28,774 nt of DNA from an uncultured archaeon (GTDB lineage Archaea; Asgardarchaeota; Heimdallarchaeia; Heimdallarchaeales; Kariarchaeaceae), in NCBI GenBank assembly GCA_964645535.1, contig CAZYCQ010000044.1, positions 1 to 28,774 of the forward strand, given 5' to 3'. The position numbers and the translations under genes are program-made. Every line of letters begins with the position of its first letter. The stretch's first letter is position 1. Shown here one piece after another: positions 8,393-17,195 of the stretch. The notes below the pieces were generated by a model. It was not told the DNA's origin. It was given only the letters and a program-made list of their open reading frames with translations, and did no database searches.

Positions 8393-11300
8393 ATGAGGAT
8401 TTCCCCAAGATCGGGTAAGTTGCAAAATTTCATCCTGGTCACATTGCTTTTGGTCACTTTGATTCCATTGCCACCCCTATTGGGCCATTCATTGGAAACA
8501 CAACCCACAAATAATGAGAGCAATGGTGCGTCTGCCGAAAAAGTTGTCTTTCCTCGCCCTGCTCCCTCCTCTTTCAAAAAAGCCCATCCATCCCCTCCCA
8601 TGACGAACAATCAAGAGAAATTGATCTTTCCTCAAGCGAACTCCCCTACATTAACCATTGACTCCCATACCCCCTCGGAAGGTTACACCTCAACATATCG
8701 TGCAACCTATTTCGATAACATTCACCATAACGCAAAACCCAACAATTACAATTTAACAGTTGATCCAATTGATTCAACATCCATTACCAGTGTAGACATG
8801 AACATCACAGTCTATAACGACAAAACCGGCGCAATTGTCGAGGATGGAACTGGAGCCACATTGACGGATCTCAACACCAATGTCAGTGCTCAAGGCGCAG
8901 TTCTTGATCTAACCACAAAAAATGTGTTCATTGATCAAGTTTACATCAATGTGCTTGGAATTCTTTCATCAACAACCATTACTGGACAGATCTGGAATGC
9001 AACCTTAAGAGCCTCTGACGGAAAAGTCATCCCTCACAAGAGATTGGCAATCGGGTCAAGAACAGTTTCTCCGACAACCGGTTTTGTCGGCATTCCTATG
9101 AATGCTGGAACAACTATCAGCAACAGTTCGACTTATACAAATGCAACTGGATCCTACATCTTTTTTGTCATCAATGGATCATCTACCTCGTGGTTCCTTA
9201 ATGGAGATGACTCTGATGGTGTGGATGACGGCCCCACCTTCATCTCGAATGGTATTCCCTCAACTGAGGACGGATGGGGTAACTACACGGATTTCGACTT
9301 TGCCATCCAATATAATTTCTCTGCCGTCTTTCGTCCCTCCTTGATTGATCTAAAGGTTGCAACCCCCTCACAGCCGTCTGGAATCAATACACAACCATCC
9401 GGCAGATTCATTGACAACAAAACATACACGACTTCCACGGTTTATCGGATCTTTTATAACGAAAGTCTTGTGTCCGGACTTCCCAAACTTAACATCACAT
9501 ATCTGTCTGAACGGGTAGAACACGGACTTTCCTCCATTTCGGTGGATACCCTCCCGGAAAGTTCCTCGGTCAATTGGACTGTTACATACGACAGCCCCTT
9601 TTCGAGAAGCGATTCCAATGTCAGCCAGTCGCTTTCCATCCCTGGATCCCATACTGTGATCTCTGGCACTTTCAATGGCACTGTCCTCAACCAAGGGACT
9701 GATTTCACCGTTGAAAATTCGGGATTAAACCAGACCATCACCTTCAACAAGGGAAAAGGAACATACGTGTTTGTTCTGCAATCCACAAATATCCTTCTTA
9801 CAGAAACCTTGCAGACTTATGTCGAGAAGACTGGAACTTGGATTGCTAATGATACCGGTGTATTGGGTGTCATCCATCCCTCTGCAACGGTGGGTGATCA
9901 CGTAAATGCTACTGTGCTGTCCTCTCTGTCAGGAATCGTTGGCGGAACTCTCAATGCCTCTCTTCGAGGAGAGGACGGAACCATTTATGGCAATTCGTCG
10001 ATCGGTAGCTATGTCGACACATCTGTGAACACTATTGAAAACGCATTCACGGGTCGCATGACTTTCGATACCTATCTTGATCCCAACCTTCCGACTGGTG
10101 TTTGGTCATTTCAATTCCGCTGGTACAATGCCACCCATGCAGGTGCAGTAGCAATTCCTTTCAAGGTGATCCCTGTTACCGATGTGCAAATTGTCACTCC
10201 TTCCGGACAATCTTTTGATGTTCTTGAAGGAGACCTTGTTAGCATAGAGGTGATTACATTGGATTTCAGTCACAATTCCTCTTGGGGATTGCCAGGGAAT
10301 GTGAATTGGGAAGTTGAAAACCGAACCCTGGTATCACAGGGTTTCTACAGCGACAATCTCCATTATCTGTATTCCACAACCCTTAACACCTCAATCGGGC
10401 ATTTAAACACAATTCGCCCCAAAACCTATGTGATCAATGCGTCCTTTACTGAAGGGCCACATACGGATTTTGATACAATCACCATGAACATCTACTATCG
10501 GGGATCGGCCACGGCAACAGGAATCTCTGACATTGAGGCTGGATCCACCGTCTCTCTTGATTTCATTCCGATTAATGAGACTGGTGGTGGAACCCTGCTT
10601 AATTCCTCAAGCATTACCTTCGACCTAGATTACCCATTCACTTCAACATACATTCCTTCCACAGGTCACTATAGGATTGATATCCCATGGTCTCCTGATT
10701 TCTCCATTGGGGCAAATACCATAAACATTCGCTGGACCCTTGCTGACTTCCGCGAAATTGCGTCCAATCCCACAATTACCTCCATAGGGTCATTCAATGT
10801 AATAGATACCTCTTCTCCGATCTTCAATTCTTCTCCGGGATCTGTTTCCATTTCTGAAGGAACTACCGGCAACACACTCTCTTGGAACGCCACAGATCCA
10901 TTCCCTGACAGGTATGAAATATTCAGGAACGGTACTGCTGTCGATACAGGGACATGGGCTGACAATTCCCTTATAACAGTCAATATAGACGGTCTTGCAA
11001 GCGGTGTTTACAATTTCACAATTCTTGTCAATGATACAGAAGGCAACTCAAATACCAATGAAGCCACAGTCACGGTTACCGATGATCTTGCCCCTGCTGT
11101 CATCGAAACAATTGCTCCTAGCATTGTTGCTGAAGACAGTACTGGTAACCAAATACAATGGAATCTTACGGATGTGCATCCCAACCAATACACCATCTAT
11201 AGGAATGGTTCGGCAGTTCAAAGCGGGAGTTGGGATAATCCTTCATATATCACTGTTCCTGTGTCATCGAGTGTCAACGGTGTCTACAACTTTACACTTG

Positions 11301-14300
11301 CGGCAAATGATACCTCTGGCAATCAAATAACGACCTCTGTTTTCATAACAGTTACAGATCTCACAGTTCCGATAATCACCTCCCAACCCAATACCCCGGT
11401 TTCCTACAACGAGGGGTCGACTGGGAACCTGCTTACATGGACTGCTACGGACAAACATGCCGGAACTGCTCAGCTATTCAGGAATGGAACCGCCATTGCT
11501 TCACAGAGTTGGACTAGCGGTGCCCCCAACTCCTTCAACGTGGATGGACTTTCATTGGGTGTCTATAACTTCACCGTGGTGTTTACAGATCAGTACGGGA
11601 ATGCTGTTTCCCATCAGGTCATCCTGACTGTAACTGATGGCACTTCTCCTGTATTCATATCCACTCCCAACAATCAGACGATTTTTGCGGGTGAAAGTGG
11701 CAACTCCATCAATTGGACCGTCAGTGATGCACATCCCGCTTCGTTTTCCATCTACCAAAATGGAAGTGTAGTTCTCACTGGAGGTTGGACTTCTGGCACT
11801 CCAATTGTCATTGGACTTTCCGGATTGGCTCTAGGGGTCCATAACTATTCCATTCTCATCACTGATGTAGGTGGAAACAGGGTTACCAATACGGTATTCA
11901 TCACAGTACGTGGCTCATCCATTCCTCAATTTTCCAGCGAACCAAATGACATCACTTATGCGGAAGGTTCGACAGGAAATACTTTGCAATGGGTGGCGAC
12001 AGCCCAGTTTCCCGCAACATATACTGTCTTCAGGAATGGATCTGTGTATTCTTCAGGTGCTTGGCAATCGGACATTGCCATTTCCGTCAACGTGGATGGG
12101 CTCTCAAAGGGTATCTACAATTTCACGATCGAAATCGTTGATCAGGAAGGAAAAACCATTACCTCGACTGTTTTCGTCATTGTTGAGGATATTACTCCAC
12201 CTGTGGGAGAAACTGTTTTCAACACGGTTACCTTGAGGGAAGGTGCATCCAACTCACTCAATTGGACGGTTTCTGACCTTTACCCCCTGTCCTATCAGCT
12301 CTTGGTGAACGGAACGCTCATCCTTTCGGGGGCATGGAGCTCCAATGTTCCTCTAGTCATTGATTTTCCCTATCCCAAAGGTATCTATAACGTGACCGCC
12401 GTTTTCACGGATGAATCAGGAAACAAGGCCGTGTTTTCGACCATTGTGGATGTCAAGGATCTAGATGCCCCTCAATTGATTTCCCAATCCCCTACCTCTC
12501 CAGCTTCAATAGATGAACAGAATCTTCCTGCTTCCTTGCAATGGCTGTTTGAGGATCGTCACCCAGATGAATACTCCATTTATATAAACTCCTCAATTTT
12601 CGCCACTGGCTCATGGATCAATGACACACCCATTTCAATCGTGTTGGCTGACTTGGTGCCGGGATCTTACAATATAACGATAGTGGTCACAGATGAGAGC
12701 GGAAATCAGTTGACGATACAGTCGGATCTCCTCATCATTGATACAACCCCTCCCACTTTCGTGAATGAACCCAATCCTTACAGGTATTTCCTCGGCGATA
12801 CCGGTAATACACTTACATGGGTCATTGATGAAAAATTCCCCGGTATCTTCGTTGTCAAGAAAAATGGTACCGATTATTTGGATGGAACATGGAACAATAC
12901 TTTGACCATTGATATAGACGGATTGCCCCTAGGTGTTCATCTTTTTGAACTGACTGTTTTTGACACTTCTGGAAACAGTGCAGTCAGTTCCGTAATGATT
13001 GTAGTGAAGGATCCTGCGATCACCGAAACCGCACCTGTTGATATTGAAGTCACCCCGAATGTGTTTGAAGGTGCAATTGAAACAATTGATGGGACTTGGA
13101 ACACTCTTTCCGGATCTGCCATTGCAAATGCTACAATCACGGTATCCCTTCTGGCAGTCAATGTATCAACTCTCCAAACCCATTCCATATTCACCACCTC
13201 TACTTTCATGACTTCTGCCAATGGATCCTTCACCATTCTTCTAAATTATACTGATGCTCCTGAAGGTGCTTACCGATGGATCATTACCTTCTCGAAATAC
13301 CAGCATGAAAACATCACCCAAGTCTATGATGTGGTTGTGCAACCCCATCACCTAATGGTCAAGATCGAAGCGCTTGGTGAATTGGTGAGGGATCGGCCAT
13401 ACGCAATCAGTGTCTCTGTGTTCTACAATGATTCTGTTCCTCAGGGAGGTCTTGTATTACAGGCTCTTACATTAAGATCCGGACGTGCTTCCGGGGTGAA
13501 TGTCTCTGTTCAGATCTCCCTTGTATTTCTTGACGGCACTGAAACCACAATTCAAAGATTTGGAATTACAGGAACGACTGGTGTGGCTACGGTAATCCTG
13601 ACCCGTGATGAGACCCGTCTTATTGATCGCATTGTCTCCATATCCGCTAGCATTCCCTCTTCTCCATTCTATCAAACCACTTCAAGCGTTCTCGCCCCAG
13701 AATCATTGCCTTATGTGCGATCTCAGGCGGCAGGCGCGTTTGAACGGCTCTTCCTCCAATTTTCCACCGATATCCGTTATTCATTGGCACTCTTTGCCTT
13801 GATTCTGATCTTCCTTGGTATGGTTGGTTTGATCTCCTTTATTCGCAAAAAGAGAAGAGCTTGGATTGAAATGATCACCAAAGAAAGCATGTATGCCTTG
13901 GATGAAATCGAAGCCATCATGTCAATAAAGGCTATTGTCTTGAAAAACACTGGGTCTGGCATTCCTTATTATGAACAGATCTTTACTGATATGGGAACTC
14001 CAATTGAGCTAATAAGTGGATTGAGCAGTGCACTGACCAGTTTCCTCGATGAAGTAAGTCAACCCGGAGGCTTTGGTGTGGAAATTCTTGAACGATCTGG
14101 ACTGTCCCTTACCTCTCACCGTGCAGAGAAATCCACGCTTACCATCATTTCCGAACAGCCGCTTCCAGATTCCCTCATATCCAAGGCTTCCAAAGGTCAT
14201 ATTTCACTTCATGCCCGCATCTCACACATGCTTGATGATCCTATAAGAATGCAAAGCATTCCACCGGAATTGGTGGAACGAGAATTTATGGCTGCTGGGT

Positions 14301-14542
14301 TCAATATTCACTTGAAAGATAGATTGACAATCAATAGGACGGAAGTCTCCAAGATCAAGAACAAGTCTTCCCTTTCACGTACCATCCGTAAAACCATTCT
14401 ACTTCTGCAAGAGTTTCCGGAAGAGACAGCCACTCTCGAAGAAATCTTCTCCTATCTCAAGCAACAACAAAAAAACGAGGAAATCGCTGCTAAAGCGATC
14501 GTTTTTGCAAATGCCTTCAAGATTATTGAACGTACACTTTAA
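8393..14542 (+). CDS. Giant (~2,050 aa) single-pass surface glycoprotein: signal peptide, beta-rich ectodomain, 8 tandem Ig-like repeats, TM, cytoplasmic longin/roadblock-like and helical domains
   Basis: N-terminal signal, many N-x-S/T sequons, ~92-aa repeats, TM LALFALILIFLGMVGLISFI-RKKRR and a ~230-aa cytoplasmic tail. The start could be 8366 or 8393. Confidence 0.88.
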   Translation: MRISPRSGKLQNFILVTLLLVTLIPLPPLLGHSLETQPTNNESNGASAEKVVFPRPAPSSFKKAHPSPPMTNNQEKLIFPQANSPTLTIDSHTPSEGYTSTYRATYFDNIHHNAKPNNYNLTVDPIDSTSITSVDMNITVYNDKTGAIVEDGTGATLTDLNTNVSAQGAVLDLTTKNVFIDQVYINVLGILSSTTITGQIWNATLRASDGKVIPHKRLAIGSRTVSPTTGFVGIPMNAGTTISNSSTYTNATGSYIFFVINGSSTSWFLNGDDSDGVDDGPTFISNGIPSTEDGWGNYTDFDFAIQYNFSAVFRPSLIDLKVATPSQPSGINTQPSGRFIDNKTYTTSTVYRIFYNESLVSGLPKLNITYLSERVEHGLSSISVDTLPESSSVNWTVTYDSPFSRSDSNVSQSLSIPGSHTVISGTFNGTVLNQGTDFTVENSGLNQTITFNKGKGTYVFVLQSTNILLTETLQTYVEKTGTWIANDTGVLGVIHPSATVGDHVNATVLSSLSGIVGGTLNASLRGEDGTIYGNSSIGSYVDTSVNTIENAFTGRMTFDTYLDPNLPTGVWSFQFRWYNATHAGAVAIPFKVIPVTDVQIVTPSGQSFDVLEGDLVSIEVITLDFSHNSSWGLPGNVNWEVENRTLVSQGFYSDNLHYLYSTTLNTSIGHLNTIRPKTYVINASFTEGPHTDFDTITMNIYYRGSATATGISDIEAGSTVSLDFIPINETGGGTLLNSSSITFDLDYPFTSTYIPSTGHYRIDIPWSPDFSIGANTINIRWTLADFREIASNPTITSIGSFNVIDTSSPIFNSSPGSVSISEGTTGNTLSWNATDPFPDRYEIFRNGTAVDTGTWADNSLITVNIDGLASGVYNFTILVNDTEGNSNTNEATVTVTDDLAPAVIETIAPSIVAEDSTGNQIQWNLTDVHPNQYTIYRNGSAVQSGSWDNPSYITVPVSSSVNGVYNFTLAANDTSGNQITTSVFITVTDLTVPIITSQPNTPVSYNEGSTGNLLTWTATDKHAGTAQLFRNGTAIASQSWTSGAPNSFNVDGLSLGVYNFTVVFTDQYGNAVSHQVILTVTDGTSPVFISTPNNQTIFAGESGNSINWTVSDAHPASFSIYQNGSVVLTGGWTSGTPIVIGLSGLALGVHNYSILITDVGGNRVTNTVFITVRGSSIPQFSSEPNDITYAEGSTGNTLQWVATAQFPATYTVFRNGSVYSSGAWQSDIAISVNVDGLSKGIYNFTIEIVDQEGKTITSTVFVIVEDITPPVGETVFNTVTLREGASNSLNWTVSDLYPLSYQLLVNGTLILSGAWSSNVPLVIDFPYPKGIYNVTAVFTDESGNKAVFSTIVDVKDLDAPQLISQSPTSPASIDEQNLPASLQWLFEDRHPDEYSIYINSSIFATGSWINDTPISIVLADLVPGSYNITIVVTDESGNQLTIQSDLLIIDTTPPTFVNEPNPYRYFLGDTGNTLTWVIDEKFPGIFVVKKNGTDYLDGTWNNTLTIDIDGLPLGVHLFELTVFDTSGNSAVSSVMIVVKDPAITETAPVDIEVTPNVFEGAIETIDGTWNTLSGSAIANATITVSLLAVNVSTLQTHSIFTTSTFMTSANGSFTILLNYTDAPEGAYRWIITFSKYQHENITQVYDVVVQPHHLMVKIEALGELVRDRPYAISVSVFYNDSVPQGGLVLQALTLRSGRASGVNVSVQISLVFLDGTETTIQRFGITGTTGVATVILTRDETRLIDRIVSISASIPSSPFYQTTSSVLAPESLPYVRSQAAGAFERLFLQFSTDIRYSLALFALILIFLGMVGLISFIRKKRRAWIEMITKESMYALDEIEAIMSIKAIVLKNTGSGIPYYEQIFTDMGTPIELISGLSSALTSFLDEVSQPGGFGVEILERSGLSLTSHRAEKSTLTIISEQPLPDSLISKASKGHISLHARISHMLDDPIRMQSIPPELVEREFMAAGFNIHLKDRLTINRTEVSKIKNKSSLSRTIRKTILLLQEFPEETATLEEIFSYLKQQQKNEEIAAKAIVFANAFKIIERTL
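10805..13012 (+). repeat. Eight tandem ~92-aa Ig-like protein repeats
   Basis: Consensus D..P.......EG.TGN.L.W...D..P..Y.I..NG.....G.W........VDGL..G.YNFT....D..GN......V.V. Units start DTSSP, DDLAP, DLTVP, DGTSP, GSSIP, DITPP, DLDAP and DTTPP. They are diverged at the DNA level. Confidence 0.9.
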
Positions 14543-14678
14543 TGCCTTGTCCACTGTGAAAACAATTCCGTAAGCTTCTCTATCTTCGAATCCGAACTGA
14601 ATAGTTTCCCATTGGTTGCTTCAGTGTCATTCTCCATGCTAACCTTAAACGGAATTATTGGGCAATTGTCAACTTGGT

Positions 14679-15473
14679 TCAAAGATCTACCAAAAGATTT
14701 CCTTGATCATCGAAAAATCTGTTTCGGTATCTCCTGGCAATGAGGAATCTCTTCATGATTTTCCATCGTGAAAGATAACGTATCCGTTTTCCCGTCCCAT
14801 TGATTCCTCGGATTTTCTCCACAAGAAACGCTGCCGGAATCTCTGGTTTTTCGGCAAGAATATTGAAGATCCTTTTTGCATCATTCGGGGTATTCTCCAG
14901 CAAAAGATCTGTTAGGACAATGCCTGGACTTAGCGTATGAATGCCAATATTCGATCCTTTTGTTTCTTCAAGAAGGGTTTTGAGCAATTGTGGAAAAGGT
15001 GCCTTGCTTGCTCCATAAGGCAGGATCCGGGGTGTTGGACGCCCATTGGATCCCATACCTTCCATCAAAAAAATATGTCCTGATTTCTGTTTTTCCATGA
15101 CCTGCAACGCAGCCTTTGTAGCAAGGATTGTCCCGATGAGGTTTGTCCTGATGACTTCCTCAACTTCTTCAGGTGGGAGGTCCGACAGAAATGCTTTGGT
15201 TGGATTGGCAATCCCTGCGTTATTTATCCAGTAATCAATTTGACCATTGAACTCCTTGGAACACCATTCTGCAAATTCCCTGACATTTTCGAAATCCTTG
15301 ATGTCACATACTTTTCCAATAAGCGATCCATATCTGTCCAATTCCTCCAAAGTTTGGTCGATAGATTCCTGTGACCTTGAACAGATGGCCACTTTATCCC
15401 CCATTTCAAGGAACCGCTTAGTTAATGCTCTGCCAAGTCCCCGAGTACCTCCTGTGATAACTACATTTGCCAT
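14679..15473 (-). CDS. Classical SDR oxidoreductase of the chlorophyll(ide) b reductase NYC1/NOL-like subfamily
   Basis: TGGTRGLG, WINNAG and catalytic YGASK. Subfamily-like segments are GHIFLMEGMGSNGRPTP, HTLSPGIVLTDLL, FNILAEKPE and RFFDDQG. Confidence 0.88.
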   Translation of the reverse strand: MANVVITGGTRGLGRALTKRFLEMGDKVAICSRSQESIDQTLEELDRYGSLIGKVCDIKDFENVREFAEWCSKEFNGQIDYWINNAGIANPTKAFLSDLPPEEVEEVIRTNLIGTILATKAALQVMEKQKSGHIFLMEGMGSNGRPTPRILPYGASKAPFPQLLKTLLEETKGSNIGIHTLSPGIVLTDLLLENTPNDAKRIFNILAEKPEIPAAFLVEKIRGINGTGKRIRYLSRWKIMKRFLIARRYRNRFFDDQGNLLVDL

Positions 15474-15739
15474 AATTTTCTGTTTCCTTCAAACATTTTT
15501 CATTTTTGGCTTTTCTCCACTGGAAATACCCTTTCCCTCAAATCTATTTCCTGTGCTGTTTTAATAGTTGAATTGTTCTCCCCATTGCCATAGCATGACA
15601 AATTCCACTATTCTCTTAACAAAATGGGAATTGGGTGATATGCATGATAAAAAAATTATACTTAATAAAAAATATTTTCTCAGAACAAAAAATTTATCAA
15701 ATGCCAGCATGTTTCTTGATCACCAAAGGAGGAAAATGC

Positions 15740-16327
15740 ATGGACATACAAGGCATTCCTGGTTATTCTTATGGGAAGGTTCCACCAGCGCCAATTTCGG
15801 TGGATGACCTTGAAAAGATGAAAAAGTCCGTTCTTTTTGATGAAAAGGACGTCATGGCTCTAAAACAAGCAGGAGAAATTTTAGGAAAACAGGTGGAGGA
15901 AATCCTAGACTTATGGTATGGTTTTGTGGGTTCCAATCCGCATCTTGTTTATTATTTCTCCGAAAAAAACAGTGGTCAACCAGATTCAGATTATCTAGCC
16001 AAGGTTCGGAAACGATTCGGACAATGGATTGTTGATACCTGTACACGTCCTTATGATCAGGAATGGATTAATTATCAGTACGAGATTGGATTGAGGCACC
16101 ATCGATTGAAAAAAAATAAGGTTGATGGTGTCAATTCCGTTGACCATATCCCATTGAGGTATTTGATATGTTTCATCTACCCCATCACTGCAACTATTCG
16201 TCAATTCTTGGAGAAGGGAGCAGAGAACCCCGAACATGTGGATCAAATGTTTCATGCATGGTTCAAGGCAGTAACTCTGCAAGTTGCATTATGGAGTTAT
16301 CCCTATGCCAAAGAAGATGATTGGTAA
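15740..16327 (+). CDS. Protoglobin (single-domain globin)
   Basis: IPGYSYG N-terminal extension, ILDLWYGFVGSNPHLVYYF, RKRFGQWI.DTC, YEIGLRHHRLKKN, IPLRYLI and AWFKAVTLQVALWSYPY match archaeal protoglobins. AGGAGG RBS before the ATG at 15740. Confidence 0.95.
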   Translation: MDIQGIPGYSYGKVPPAPISVDDLEKMKKSVLFDEKDVMALKQAGEILGKQVEEILDLWYGFVGSNPHLVYYFSEKNSGQPDSDYLAKVRKRFGQWIVDTCTRPYDQEWINYQYEIGLRHHRLKKNKVDGVNSVDHIPLRYLICFIYPITATIRQFLEKGAENPEHVDQMFHAWFKAVTLQVALWSYPYAKEDDW

Positions 16328-16329
16328 CC

Positions 16330-16674
16330 CTATTGTTCAGTCCAATGTTCTCCCCATTTTTTAAGCTCATTAATGGCATTTCTCAATGCTTTACCTTTTT
16401 CTGTCAGTTCATAGGTTACAGTTACCGGCATTGTTTCGGCATTGACCTCTCTTGTAATGATCCCCTCCTTTTCAAGCCTTTTCAAGGATTGTGTCAGTGA
16501 TGCTGCATGAATGGTTTTTCCAAAGGAGGATGTCAGTTCTTCTTTTATTTCGTTGAACCTAAGGGGATTATCCAATAGTTTGTAGCATATCACCAGATCC
16601 CATCGTCCAGAAAGAACCTGCATTGCTCTAGTAAAAGCGCATGGGATTTGATGATTTTGCTTCAAATGAGGCAT
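16330..16674 (-). CDS. HxlR/DUF24-family winged-helix transcription regulator with N-terminal Cys
   Basis: C.....MQVLSGRW...I...L...PLRFNEI, LTQSLKRLEKEGII.R, P..V.YELTEKG. The start is the ATG at 16674 (TTATAT ~25 nt upstream) or at 16695. Confidence 0.9.
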   Translation of the reverse strand: MPHLKQNHQIPCAFTRAMQVLSGRWDLVICYKLLDNPLRFNEIKEELTSSFGKTIHAASLTQSLKRLEKEGIITREVNAETMPVTVTYELTEKGKALRNAINELKKWGEHWTEQ

Positions 16675-16707
16675 TGTTATAATATCAATTCGCATGCATA
16701 TAACGGT

Positions 16708-16727
16708 TAGGATTCAACTTAATCCTA
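16708..16727. promoter_or_regulatory. Perfect inverted repeat TAGGATT-N6-AATCCTA, candidate operator
   Basis: 7-bp arms immediately upstream of the putative TATA box of the HxlR gene. Confidence 0.45.
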
Positions 16728-16749
16728 TCCATGATCCATTGGGCTGAGT

Positions 16750-17100
16750 TTATTCCGTTCTTCCATCTTGATTGAACTTCCACATACCGACTATTCCATA
16801 TCCTGCAATCAGGGATTGCAGTCCTACTCCAAGCCATTTGAGCAGGGGATGGATTGTATCAAGAAGATTTTTGATGCCTATCTTTGGGAACAACAGGTTT
16901 TGAGCTACAAGCACAAAAACAATTATGGCATTCATGTATCTGTTGCCCATTAGATTATGTTTAAGGGAACAAAAGTGAACCATTCCCAACCACTCGGTAT
17001 GGTTTCTCACAAGACTGCTCCCTAACCCCATATTGAACCGTTGAGCCGGTTCCATACATACTTGGCATTTCAATATGTTTGGATTGGGATTTCCATTCAA
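16750..17100 (-). CDS. Small membrane protein with N-terminal CxxC...FCSxxH metal-binding (TRASH-like) motif and 2 TM helices
   Basis: KCQVC-x27-FCSLKH followed by two hydrophobic segments. The TTG start is uncertain. Confidence 0.55.
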   Translation of the reverse strand: MNGNPNPNILKCQVCMEPAQRFNMGLGSSLVRNHTEWLGMVHFCSLKHNLMGNRYMNAIIVFVLVAQNLLFPKIGIKNLLDTIHPLLKWLGVGLQSLIAGYGIVGMWKFNQDGRTE

Positions 17101-17195
17101 AAAGAATTTGATTCTTTCATTCAGGATCCATTCTCATATCATCAAATTGATTTTCTTCTCTCGAAAAGTAAAAATAGAGGGAAGGGATTGTATTC

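Noticed and set aside
10805-13012. CRISPR or DNA tandem array
   Set aside because: The repeats are diverged protein-domain repeats inside one ORF, with no identical DNA repeat-spacer pattern.
15635-15739. N-terminal extension of protoglobin in the ORF track
   Set aside because: Family similarity and the AGGAGG RBS point to the ATG at 15740; the extension is AT-rich promoter DNA.
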